Source: Chthoniobacterales bacterium (GTDB taxonomy: Bacteria > Verrucomicrobiota > Verrucomicrobiia > Chthoniobacterales > UBA6821). Taken from it: 64,000 nt of DNA. Positions 19,010 through 27,787 of the stretch are shown here, piece after piece. The position numbers were made by a program, and so were the translations under genes. The notes below the pieces were generated by a model. It was given only the letters and a program-made list of their open reading frames with translations. It was not told the origin of the DNA and ran no database searches. Positions within the stretch are counted from its first letter, which is position 1. Each line of letters begins with the position of its first letter. Location of the stretch: contig JAPJNA010000049.1 in NCBI GenBank assembly GCA_026461395.1, forward strand, positions 3,516 to 67,515, given 5' to 3'.

Positions 19010-19783
19010 ATGGCACGCATTCATCCTACAGCCATCATCGAGACAACGGCCAAAATCGGCCAATCCAGCACCATCGGGCCCTACTGCATCATCGGCGCAG
19101 GCGTGGTCATCGGTGAACAATGCGAGTTGCATGCCCATGTCACCATCGCCGGCCCCACAAAGATCGGCAACGGCAACAAATTCTACCCCTACTCATGCAT
19201 CGGCCATCGCAGTCAGGATCTCAAGTATGAGATCGAGCCGACCTACCTCGAGATCGGTGACGAAAACTGCTTCCGCGAATTCACGACCGTTCACCGCGCC
19301 ACTGCACCGGACGGCGTCACGCGCATCGGCAGCCGCGGCAACTTCCTGGCCTACTCCCACATCGCCCATGACTGCGTGGTCGGTGACGATGTCGTCTTTT
19401 CCAACAACGGCACCCTAGCCGGTCATGTGGTTGTCGGGGATCATGCGGTGATCGGCGGACTCAGCGGCGTGCATCAGTTCTGTCGCATCGGCGCACATGC
19501 CATTGTGGGGGGATGCACCAAGATCGTGCAGGATGTCCCCCCATTCCTGATCGCCGACGGCAATCCGGCCGAGATCCGCGGCGTGAATTTCGTGGGACTC
19601 GAGCGGCGCGGATTCGCGCCGGAAGCGATCCGGGAACTCCGCGATGCCTACAAGCTGGTCTACCGTAGTAATCTTAACACCAGTCAGGGATTGGACGCGC
19701 TCAGGGCTCAATTCGCTTCCTCGGCACTTGTCACTCATCTCGCCGATTTCATCGCAACAAGCGAACGCGGCATCGTACGCTGA
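19010..19783 (+). CDS. lpxA: UDP-GlcNAc acyltransferase
   Basis: Hexapeptide repeats, FREFTTVHRAT, SHIAHDC, QDVPPF. Confidence 0.96.
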   Translation: MARIHPTAIIETTAKIGQSSTIGPYCIIGAGVVIGEQCELHAHVTIAGPTKIGNGNKFYPYSCIGHRSQDLKYEIEPTYLEIGDENCFREFTTVHRATAPDGVTRIGSRGNFLAYSHIAHDCVVGDDVVFSNNGTLAGHVVVGDHAVIGGLSGVHQFCRIGAHAIVGGCTKIVQDVPPFLIADGNPAEIRGVNFVGLERRGFAPEAIRELRDAYKLVYRSNLNTSQGLDALRAQFASSALVTHLADFIATSERGIVR

Positions 19784-19870
19784 ACGGCATCCTGCAGACG
19801 CGCCTCCCTCGGCGGAACTTCCCATTGGAAGAAACCCGTCATGAAACGGAACTCTCTGCATTTTAAAACT

Positions 19871-20692
19871 ATGGCCCGTACTATTCCTCTCGAAGACGGC
19901 TTCACCGACATCATCGGTAAGGCTCAACGCGGACAATCCATCACCGACGAGTCGCTTGCCGGACTCGCCGGAATCAGCCTCTCGGCAATCCAATCCCTCA
20001 AGGCGGGTAATCTCGACGAAGCCACCCTCACGAAGGTGGCGGGAGCCCTGGGGCTGGGTGCCAACGCCCTACTGGCCCTGGCCCGGGGAAGCTATCAACC
20101 CGTGCCGATCACAGCGCCGGAGGGACTCGCTTGCTTCAACACGGACTTCGAGGACATGACGGTGAATTCCTACCTCGTCTGGGATCCCTCCACGCGCGAG
20201 GCCGCCTTCTTCGATACCGGGGCTGACGGCCAACCGATGCTCGATTTCGCGTCTGCCCACAACCTCAAGGTGAAACAGATTTTCATCACCCACATCCACA
20301 CGGATCATATCCTCGACCTCGACAGGCTGATCGAGAAAACCGGCGCGCAGGCCTGGGCCTGCGTGAAGGAGCCGCTGGCGGGAGCCGAGTCGTTCAAGCC
20401 CGGACGCTCCTTCACAATCGGAAACCTCTCCGTTGAGACGCGCGAAACCAGCGGTCATGCCGCGGGTGGCGTGACTTTTGTCGTGGGTGGACTTGTCCAA
20501 CCGGTCGCCATCGTCGGCGACTCGATCTTCGCCGCTTCCATGGGTGGGGGTATGGTCTCCTATGCCGACGCCGCACGAAACAACCGAGAGCAGGTGCTGA
20601 CCCTTCCCGATGCTTCCATCATTTGCTCCGGACACGGTCCCCTTACGACCGTGGGGGAGCAAAAAGTCGCCAATCCGTTTTTCGCGGCCTGA
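19871..20692 (+). CDS. MBL-fold metallo-hydrolase with N-terminal HTH-like region
   Basis: THIHTDH, SGHAAG, GDSIF, GHGP; first ~60 aa resemble an XRE helix-turn-helix. Confidence 0.82.
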   Translation: MARTIPLEDGFTDIIGKAQRGQSITDESLAGLAGISLSAIQSLKAGNLDEATLTKVAGALGLGANALLALARGSYQPVPITAPEGLACFNTDFEDMTVNSYLVWDPSTREAAFFDTGADGQPMLDFASAHNLKVKQIFITHIHTDHILDLDRLIEKTGAQAWACVKEPLAGAESFKPGRSFTIGNLSVETRETSGHAAGGVTFVVGGLVQPVAIVGDSIFAASMGGGMVSYADAARNNREQVLTLPDASIICSGHGPLTTVGEQKVANPFFAA

Positions 20693-20719
20693 TCTTTTCA
20701 GATATAACCTGCACCCATT

Positions 20720-21610
20720 ATGAGCAAAGAAACCATCGCAGTCGTAGGAGTCGGCCGTATGGGCGCCAACATGGCGCACCGCCTCAAGGACCGGGGATAC
20801 AGCGTCGCCGCCGTCCATGACAGCCATGCCCCGCTGGCCGCAGAACTGGCCGCCGAACTTGGGGCGGAGGCGGTGGGATCGCTGGCGCGCGTCACGGAAC
20901 TGGCCGACGTCATCCTCACCGTCGTCACCGACGATAAAGCGATGCACGCGATTTTCCAACCGCAGGGGGACAGCCTGGTGAACGGAGCGAAGGGGAAGCT
21001 CTTCATCAACTGTGCCACCGTCTCCCCTGCGGTGCATCTTGCCGTCGAGGAAGTCGCCCACCAGGCGGGCGCTGAATCCCTCGAGGCCTGCATGGCTTCG
21101 AGCATCACCCAGGCCCGGGAAGGAACGCTCTACCTCATGACTGGAGGTGCCGACCAAGCCTTCCGTCGCGCCGAACCGATCCTCAAGGATCTCAGCGCTT
21201 CGCTCCGTCACATTGGCGCCACTGGCAAGGCGGCCCAGGTCAAGGCCCTCGTCAACATGGTCATGAACATCAATACCGCAGGCCTCGCCGAGGGACTTGG
21301 ACTGGGAGCCGCCCTCGACCTCGACCTGACCATGCTGCGTGAGGTCTTCTCCCAGACCGGCGCGAACTCCCGGGTGCTCGTGACCGACGGCGAGGATATG
21401 CAGAACCGCGACCACTCCTGCTTCTTCTCCGGCGCCCACGCCGCCAAGGACAGCGGTATCGCACTGGCACTGGCGCAGGAAAAGGGACTTACCCTCCCCC
21501 TTGCCGAGGCGACCAAGAAGCAGTATGACCGGATGGTCTCCGAGGGCTTCGGCGAACTCGATAAATCCGGTGTCGCAGAACTCACCTTCCTGGAAAGGGG
21601 AAGCAAGTGA
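20720..21610 (+). CDS. 3-hydroxyisobutyrate/6-phosphogluconate dehydrogenase-family NAD(P) oxidoreductase
   Basis: GVGRMGANMA, NCATVSP, KALVN, AKDSGIA. Confidence 0.88.
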   Translation: MSKETIAVVGVGRMGANMAHRLKDRGYSVAAVHDSHAPLAAELAAELGAEAVGSLARVTELADVILTVVTDDKAMHAIFQPQGDSLVNGAKGKLFINCATVSPAVHLAVEEVAHQAGAESLEACMASSITQAREGTLYLMTGGADQAFRRAEPILKDLSASLRHIGATGKAAQVKALVNMVMNINTAGLAEGLGLGAALDLDLTMLREVFSQTGANSRVLVTDGEDMQNRDHSCFFSGAHAAKDSGIALALAQEKGLTLPLAEATKKQYDRMVSEGFGELDKSGVAELTFLERGSK

Positions 21611-21663
21611 CAGCCCCCGAATCCCGACTCACCTTTAAGATTCCCAAACAACATCCATCAACC

Positions 21664-22476
21664 ATGAAACTCCTCTTCATCTGCCCCCGCTGGGGAAGCG
21701 AATCGCTTCCCTCCCAAGACTTCATCACCAAAGTACGCGAGGCGGGATATGATGGTGTCGAGATCGGGTTCCTAGATGTCGATCCCGCGGCCGAGGAGAC
21801 CGTCGCCCTCGCCAAGGCCGCCGGACTTGCGTTAATCACCCAGCACTGGACAACCCAGGATCGCGATCTTGAGAAGCACCTCGAACTCTACGGCCAGCGA
21901 CTGCACCGAATGGCGGGATTCCAGCCCCTCTTTGTCAACAGCCACACAGGCCGTAACCTTTTCAGCCTTGAGGAGAACAAGCGTGTCTTCGCCGTTGCTG
22001 AAAAAGTGGCCGCCGAGACGGGCATCCCGATCCTTCACGAGACCCATCGAGGCCGTTGTCTGCACACGCCATGGAGAACCGGGGAGTTGTTGGCCGCGAT
22101 GCCTGCCACGCGGATCGTGCTCGATATGTCACATTGGTGCAATGTCTGCGAATCGCTGCTCGAAGATCAGGATGACCTGATCGAACCCCTTCTTCCTGCC
22201 GTCGACCATATCCACGCCCGCGTGGGATGGCAGCATGGTCCCCAGGTTAGCGACCCGCGCGCGCCCGAGTGGAGCGATGCCGTGAATGCGCACCTCAAGT
22301 GGTGGGACAAGATCATTGCCGCACGCCGGGCTTCGGGCATCGCCCAGTTCACGATCTGCCCCGAATTCGGGCCGCCACCTTATCTGCCTCTCCTTCCCTA
22401 CACCCAGCAACCCGTCGCCAACCAGTGGGACATCAATGTCCACATGATGAACTTCCTGCGCGACCGCTATCGGTGA
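21664..22476 (+). CDS. Xylose-isomerase-like TIM-barrel sugar phosphate isomerase/epimerase
   Basis: GYDGVE, HETHRGR, D.SHW, HIHARVG, PEFGP; start ATG 21664. Confidence 0.8.
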   Translation: MKLLFICPRWGSESLPSQDFITKVREAGYDGVEIGFLDVDPAAEETVALAKAAGLALITQHWTTQDRDLEKHLELYGQRLHRMAGFQPLFVNSHTGRNLFSLEENKRVFAVAEKVAAETGIPILHETHRGRCLHTPWRTGELLAAMPATRIVLDMSHWCNVCESLLEDQDDLIEPLLPAVDHIHARVGWQHGPQVSDPRAPEWSDAVNAHLKWWDKIIAARRASGIAQFTICPEFGPPPYLPLLPYTQQPVANQWDINVHMMNFLRDRYR

Positions 22477-22515
22477 AATACCATCGACTGCTCCCCGTTC
22501 GTTGCTTGGTGAGGC

Positions 22516-23421
22516 TCACCAATAGATGCGCGGAGCGATTTCCGGTGGAAGGGGATTCGGGGGCGGCGGCTCGCTCCGCAACAGGGAGCGCCTCACTAGC
22601 GTAGGGGATTTCCCGTAAACGCGGGTGAAGCAGCGCGTGAAGTAGAGCGGGTTCTCGAAGCCGCAGCGGTCGGCAATCTCCTTCACCGCGAGACCGGAAC
22701 GTCCGAGTAAAGCGAGCGCAAGCTGGAGCTTGAGCAAACGGAAAGTCTCCATGGGCGAGTGGCCGAGCGACTTCCGGAAGAGGCGGCAGAGATGCTTCTC
22801 GGTCACGCCCGACCGTGCCGCCAACTCCCCCAACTGGAGGGCCCGAGACGGCTTGATGTCGAGGGTCTCCCTCATCAGGTTAAGCGAGGTATGAACGGAA
22901 TCGGGGAGGCGGGCTCCGATGGAGATCCCGCTCTCATGCGAGGGCTTGAGAAGGACCGTCATCAGACACCGTAGGAAACGGCTCTCCTCAACACCGGCGC
23001 TGAGCGTGGGCCAATCCGACTCCCCTTGCGTGGCGATGTTCTCGAGAAGATGCCTCAGCATCGGGGCGACGACCTCCGGGGGATTGGCATGGCAGACGGG
23101 CCACTTCCCCGGATCGGGCCAGTCCGAGGGGATCGTGGCGATGTCGAAATGGATATAGGCATGGCGTGTCGCGAGGCGGCGGTCCCACCGGTAGGACTCC
23201 CGGAAACCGGGGCGGGCCAGGATCACGCTCCCGGGCGGAGCCTGATGCTCCTCATCATCATGCCGGTAGGTCGCCGTCCCCTCGATCATGAGCACCAGTT
23301 CATAGTCCTTCAGGGTCCGTGGAACCAGGCGGTCGCCCGGACGGTAATGGACCACTCCCCCGTAGAGATATTTCAGAACGAGGGCATCCTCGCGGGCTGG
23401 CTCGATGTCTGGAAAGGGCAT
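22516..23421 (-). CDS. AraC-family transcriptional regulator
   Basis: N-terminal cupin; C-terminal HLCRLF..IADRCGFENPLYFTRCF double HTH. Confidence 0.92.
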   Translation of the reverse strand: MPFPDIEPAREDALVLKYLYGGVVHYRPGDRLVPRTLKDYELVLMIEGTATYRHDDEEHQAPPGSVILARPGFRESYRWDRRLATRHAYIHFDIATIPSDWPDPGKWPVCHANPPEVVAPMLRHLLENIATQGESDWPTLSAGVEESRFLRCLMTVLLKPSHESGISIGARLPDSVHTSLNLMRETLDIKPSRALQLGELAARSGVTEKHLCRLFRKSLGHSPMETFRLLKLQLALALLGRSGLAVKEIADRCGFENPLYFTRCFTRVYGKSPTLVRRSLLRSEPPPPNPLPPEIAPRIYW

Positions 23422-23448
23422 AAGGGTCGTGCATAAAATTGCACAGAC

Positions 23449-23464
23449 CTTGGGTTAACCCAAG
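23449..23464. promoter_or_regulatory. Perfect 16-bp palindrome, candidate operator
   Basis: cttgggttaacccaag in the divergent araC/desaturase spacer. Confidence 0.45.
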
Positions 23465-23555
23465 CACTCATGCGAATTTCGTGCATGTTTTCACGACTCC
23501 TGACCATTGGCAAAACTCACGGAAGGACTAGCTTGAGGAAGTAATTCCCATCCTA

Positions 23556-23583
23556 CCATCATCCATCACTCATCACCCACCAC
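23556..23583 (+). repeat. Four heptamers abutting the start codon
   Basis: ccatcat ccatcac tcatcac ccaccac ATG. Confidence 0.7.
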
Positions 23584-25872
23584 ATGAGCACCGACCACGC
23601 AACCGCCGCTATCTCCAAACCGCCGACGAAGCTCGACTACAGCCTGACCGGTGAAAACGCCGCCCGCGCCATCGAGCGCGGCCTCGCCGAAGCGGACTGG
23701 TACCAATGCGCCGTTCCCCGGGCGACCATGAGGAAGTTGCTGGAGCGGCGCGACGGACCGGCGATCCGCGACACGCTTCTCTGGTTTGCCCTGATCCTTG
23801 GTGCCGGATACGCCACGTTCGCGCTCTGGGGCACCTGGTGGGCTCTCCTCCCTTACTTAGTGTATGCGGTGCTCTACGCCTCAACCTCCGACTCGCGATG
23901 GCATGAGGCGGGCCATGGCACGGCCTTCAAGACTGACTGGATGAACAATGCCCTCTACGAGATCGCTTCCTTCATGGTCATGCGCGAATCGACCGTCTGG
24001 CGCTGGAGCCATACCCGTCATCACAGCGATACGATCATCGTCGGCCGCGATCCCGAAATCTTGGTTCCGCGCCCACCCGACATCGCCGGGATCATCAAGG
24101 CCTTCTTCCACCTTCCAGTCTATCCGAATTATTTCAAACATATCCTCATGCACGCCTTCGGACGGATGAGCGCCGATGAGAAAACCTACATTCCTGAGAG
24201 CGAGTTTCCCAAGATCTACCGCAAGGCACGGATCTACTTCCTCATCTATGCCTCGGTCATCGCCCTTGCGATAGCGACCCGCAGTATCCTGCCCCTCCTC
24301 TTTGTGGGCCTTGCCAACATGGTAGGATCGTGGCTCATGGTCGTCTACGGTCTGACCCAGCATACTGGCCTCGCGGAGAACGTCCTCGATCACCGCCTGA
24401 ACTGCCGCACCGTCCGGATGAACTTTATCAACCGGTATCTCTACTGGAACATGAACTACCACGTAGAGCACCACATGTTCCCGCTCGTTCCCTATCATGC
24501 GCTCCCGCGCCTCCACGAGGCCGTTAAGGAGGATATGCCTACACCCTACCATAGCCTCCTCCATGCCTGGAGCGAAATCATTCCCTCCGTCCTGCGACAG
24601 GTGAAGGATCCCGCATATCACGTGAAGCGCAAGCTGCCCGAACCGAAGGCGCGTCTGCAGGAGGGCCTCCACGCCAACGAGGCGCAACCGGATGCTGAGG
24701 GGTGGATCGAGGTCTGCTCCGCGCAGGATCTCGGCCCGGCCGACGTGATCCGCTTCGACCACGGCAAGAAGACTTACGCCCTCTACCGGGACGAACATGG
24801 CACGCTCTTCGCAACCGACGGCATCTGCACCCATGGCAACACCCACCTTGCCAACGGCCTCGTCAAGGGATCGATCATCGAGTGTCCGAAGCATAATGGC
24901 CGCTTCAACCTCGCCGACGGATCCCCAGCGCGCCCGCCGATCTGCCGCGGACTGGCCACCTATCCTCTCGAAGAGCGCAACGGACGCCTTCGTCTTAACA
25001 TCGCACAGATCGGGGGTGCCGGTGCCCGCCATCAGAAAAGCTATACCCTGCGCGTCGTCAGCAACCAGAGCGTGGCCACCTTCATCAAGGAACTCGTCCT
25101 CGAACCGGCCGATCCCTCCGAAAAGATCGCCTTCACCCCCGGCGACTACCTCCAGCTCGACATCCCCTCCTATGGGATGATTCGGTTCCGGGAATTCGAT
25201 ATTCCCGAACCGTACGCATCGGTCTGGGAAGCCCAGCACGTCTTCGACCTCGTCGCGCGGAATCCCGAAGGCGGCCGCCGTAACAACTACTCGCTGGCCT
25301 CCAACCAGCAGACTGAGCGGATCCTCCGCTTCAATGTCCGCATTGCCACGCCGCCACCCGGACAGGATTGCCCCCCCGGCGTCGGTTCCGCCTATGTCTT
25401 CAACCTCAAGCCCGGCGACACCGTCACCGCCATCGGCTCCTTCGGCGACTTCCACATCAAGCCTACCCAACGCGAGATGGTCTACATCGGCGGAGGCGCC
25501 GGGATGGCCCCGCTGCGCTCCCATCTCTCTCATCTCTTCGAGACGGAGAAGACTGCACGCAAGGTCAGCTTCTGGTACGGAGCCCGCTCACGCCAAGAGA
25601 TCTACTACAACGAATATTTTGATCAGCTTTCCAGGGAGCACTCGAATTTTAATTTTAACCTCGCCCTCTCCTCTCCTCTTCCCGAGGATGCCTGGAAGGG
25701 ACTGGAGGGCTTCATCCACGAAGTCGTGCTGGAACGCCACCTCAAAGACCATCCCAATCCCAAAGCCGTCGAATACTATCTCTGCGGCCCCCCGATGATG
25801 GTCAAGGCCTGCACCAAGATGCTCGCCGACCTTGGCGTTCCCGCCAACCAGATCGCCTACGACGAGTTTTGA
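23584..25872 (+). CDS. Fusion of membrane di-iron desaturase/oxygenase (MocD-like), Rieske ferredoxin (MocE-like) and NqrF-like FAD/NAD(P)H reductase
   Basis: His boxes H107EAGH, H143TRHH, H293VEHH; Rieske C415-x-H..C434-xx-H; NYSLAS, GGGAGMAP, WYGARS, YYLCGPP. Confidence 0.9.
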   Translation: MSTDHATAAISKPPTKLDYSLTGENAARAIERGLAEADWYQCAVPRATMRKLLERRDGPAIRDTLLWFALILGAGYATFALWGTWWALLPYLVYAVLYASTSDSRWHEAGHGTAFKTDWMNNALYEIASFMVMRESTVWRWSHTRHHSDTIIVGRDPEILVPRPPDIAGIIKAFFHLPVYPNYFKHILMHAFGRMSADEKTYIPESEFPKIYRKARIYFLIYASVIALAIATRSILPLLFVGLANMVGSWLMVVYGLTQHTGLAENVLDHRLNCRTVRMNFINRYLYWNMNYHVEHHMFPLVPYHALPRLHEAVKEDMPTPYHSLLHAWSEIIPSVLRQVKDPAYHVKRKLPEPKARLQEGLHANEAQPDAEGWIEVCSAQDLGPADVIRFDHGKKTYALYRDEHGTLFATDGICTHGNTHLANGLVKGSIIECPKHNGRFNLADGSPARPPICRGLATYPLEERNGRLRLNIAQIGGAGARHQKSYTLRVVSNQSVATFIKELVLEPADPSEKIAFTPGDYLQLDIPSYGMIRFREFDIPEPYASVWEAQHVFDLVARNPEGGRRNNYSLASNQQTERILRFNVRIATPPPGQDCPPGVGSAYVFNLKPGDTVTAIGSFGDFHIKPTQREMVYIGGGAGMAPLRSHLSHLFETEKTARKVSFWYGARSRQEIYYNEYFDQLSREHSNFNFNLALSSPLPEDAWKGLEGFIHEVVLERHLKDHPNPKAVEYYLCGPPMMVKACTKMLADLGVPANQIAYDEF

Positions 25873-25878
25873 GCGCCC

Positions 25879-26250
25879 ATTCCTAGCACCTGCTCACCCT
25901 TCGGCCAACTCCCGGACGGCCCGTTCCGTCGAGCGCTTCACCCTGGCGAACGGCAAGGGACTCGAATGCGATGTCATTCCCCTGGGGAGAACCATTACCG
26001 ATCTACGTCTCCCACACCCACCCGGCGAGCGGGCTCACCATGACGGCCCTCACAATGCAAGATTGCGTGCGGGTTTTCAGCGCAACCGTCCTCGACGGCT
26101 CCCTGATAGGGAAGTCTGGAAGGCCTTATGAAAAACATGCGGGACTCTGTCTGGAGCGCCAGGAAGCCCCGGAGCGGTGCACACGCCCCTATTGGGTGAC
26201 ATCATTCTCCGCCCCGGAAAGCACTACGATCAGACCACCCTCTCCCGGTC
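25879..26250 (+). pseudogene. galM: Aldose 1-epimerase (mutarotase) remnant with frameshifts and a large deletion
   Basis: Segments FGQLPDG, VERFTLANGKG, HPASG..LDGSLIGKSGRPYEKHAGLCLE and IILRPGKHYDQTT are GalM-like and lie in shifting frames. Confidence 0.75.
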
Positions 26251-27649
26251 ACCCCTTCCAGCCGAAGAACTTCCGTGACTTGATGATCTCGGCTACCTTG
26301 GCGGGAACCATTTGCTCCCATTCCGGATCACCTTTCTGAAGTTTGGTCAGGGCCTTGGCAGAATCGATGCCTAGGTAATCGAGCTTGCAACCGGCCATCG
26401 GAACGATGAAACGATTCTCGATCAGGTAGGCGTACAAAGCCCGCAGACTGGGATCGACCTTGTAGGAGGCGGCTTCGATGATGTGTCCCTTGTCGTCCTT
26501 GGTGGGATAGACATAGAGACGCACCCCCTTCTTGAAGAGCCGCCCAAGACCCTCGAGAATGCCTCCGTCCAGATTGGTGTAGTACTTCTCGTCGAAGATC
26601 TCGTGGAGACTCGGAATGCCAAGCGGCATCCCTATGGCGCGGTCAGTGTAGCGCCGCAAATACTGAATCAGCCGGTAGAACTCACCGTAATTGGAGATAA
26701 GCACAGTCTGACCTAGAGCACCGAGCATGTCGACGCGGTCGAGGAAATCCTGCAGGTCGAGTTCCCCGCCGCTCATCAGATTCCTCATCGTGATTTCCAG
26801 GATGATCTCGGGCTTCTCGTCGTTCAGTTCCTCCTCCATTAGGAACATCGAGTGACCGCACTCGAGCATGTCGTAAGCGACATTGGTGACCGGTCGGAAA
26901 CTGCCGCGCTCGATGATGAGGGGCTTGTGATAAAAGGCATCCGCCGCCTGCACCACTTCCCCATCGGGACGGAATAGCACGGCCTGAGCAAGACCCTGGG
27001 TGACCAGCTCCAGACACATGATTCGGTTGTCAACCATCGCAAAATCAGGTCCCGAGAACCGGATCATGTCGATCTCGATGCGCGTTGACTCGAGATCATC
27101 CAGGAGCGAGGCAATGAATTTCTTCAGATCCTTGCGAAGGAAAAACGCCCCGTAGATGAGGTTCAGCCCGACGATGCCCAGCGCCTCCTGCTGCTCGAGG
27201 TTATGTGGATCGAGCATGCGGACATGCATGATGATCTCGTTGGGCTGAGCACGGGGATGACTCTGGTAGCGGATTCCCATCCATCCGTGGGATTCATTGA
27301 GCGTCTTGTAGGACCTGGCCGCAACAGTATCGGCAAAGGCAAAGAAGGTGCGCTCCGCTCCGACCTTCTCGTCGAGACGTTCGATCAGCAGATCGTACTC
27401 ATGGTCGAGCATCTCGCCCAAGCGCTGACGACTGACAAAGCGCGTACTCTTCCCGTAGATCGCATCCGAGAAGGTCATGTCATAGGCGGAGATCGTCTTG
27501 GCTACAGTCCCAGCGGCACCGCCTACATGGAAGAAACGTCGGGCGACTTCCTGGCCTGCCCCAATCTCGGCGAAGGTGCCATAGATCGGCTTAGCCATGT
27601 TGATCTCAAAGGCCTTCTTGTTCGCTTTCAGATCGATCGGATTGAGCAT
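26249..27649 (-). CDS. Conserved protein of uncertain function (nucleotidyltransferase-like; family often labelled nicotinate-nucleotide adenylyltransferase)
   Basis: YGTFAEIGAGQEVAR, AKTISAYDM, degenerate GSFRPVT motif, C-terminal WEQMVP. Confidence 0.65.
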   Translation of the reverse strand: MLNPIDLKANKKAFEINMAKPIYGTFAEIGAGQEVARRFFHVGGAAGTVAKTISAYDMTFSDAIYGKSTRFVSRQRLGEMLDHEYDLLIERLDEKVGAERTFFAFADTVAARSYKTLNESHGWMGIRYQSHPRAQPNEIIMHVRMLDPHNLEQQEALGIVGLNLIYGAFFLRKDLKKFIASLLDDLESTRIEIDMIRFSGPDFAMVDNRIMCLELVTQGLAQAVLFRPDGEVVQAADAFYHKPLIIERGSFRPVTNVAYDMLECGHSMFLMEEELNDEKPEIILEITMRNLMSGGELDLQDFLDRVDMLGALGQTVLISNYGEFYRLIQYLRRYTDRAIGMPLGIPSLHEIFDEKYYTNLDGGILEGLGRLFKKGVRLYVYPTKDDKGHIIEAASYKVDPSLRALYAYLIENRFIVPMAGCKLDYLGIDSAKALTKLQKGDPEWEQMVPAKVAEIIKSRKFFGWKG

Positions 27650-27787
27650 GGGGAATTTCTAGAGAAGCCTTTCCCGTCTGCCTAGGCAATCCGTGTGGCA
27701 ATTTCGAAACATAAAACCAAAAACTAATGAAACAGCTGAAATTTAATCATTGGATTCCTTAACTCCATTCTGCGAAAAAACATTTTG

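Noticed and set aside
20069-21439. 456-aa minus-strand ORF (likewise 31743-33020, 33440-34372, 61846-62883)
   Set aside because: All fully overlap well-supported genes on the opposite strand and lack motifs.
23881-25533. 550-aa minus-strand ORF opposite the desaturase fusion
   Set aside because: Antisense shadow from codon bias; no recognisable domain.
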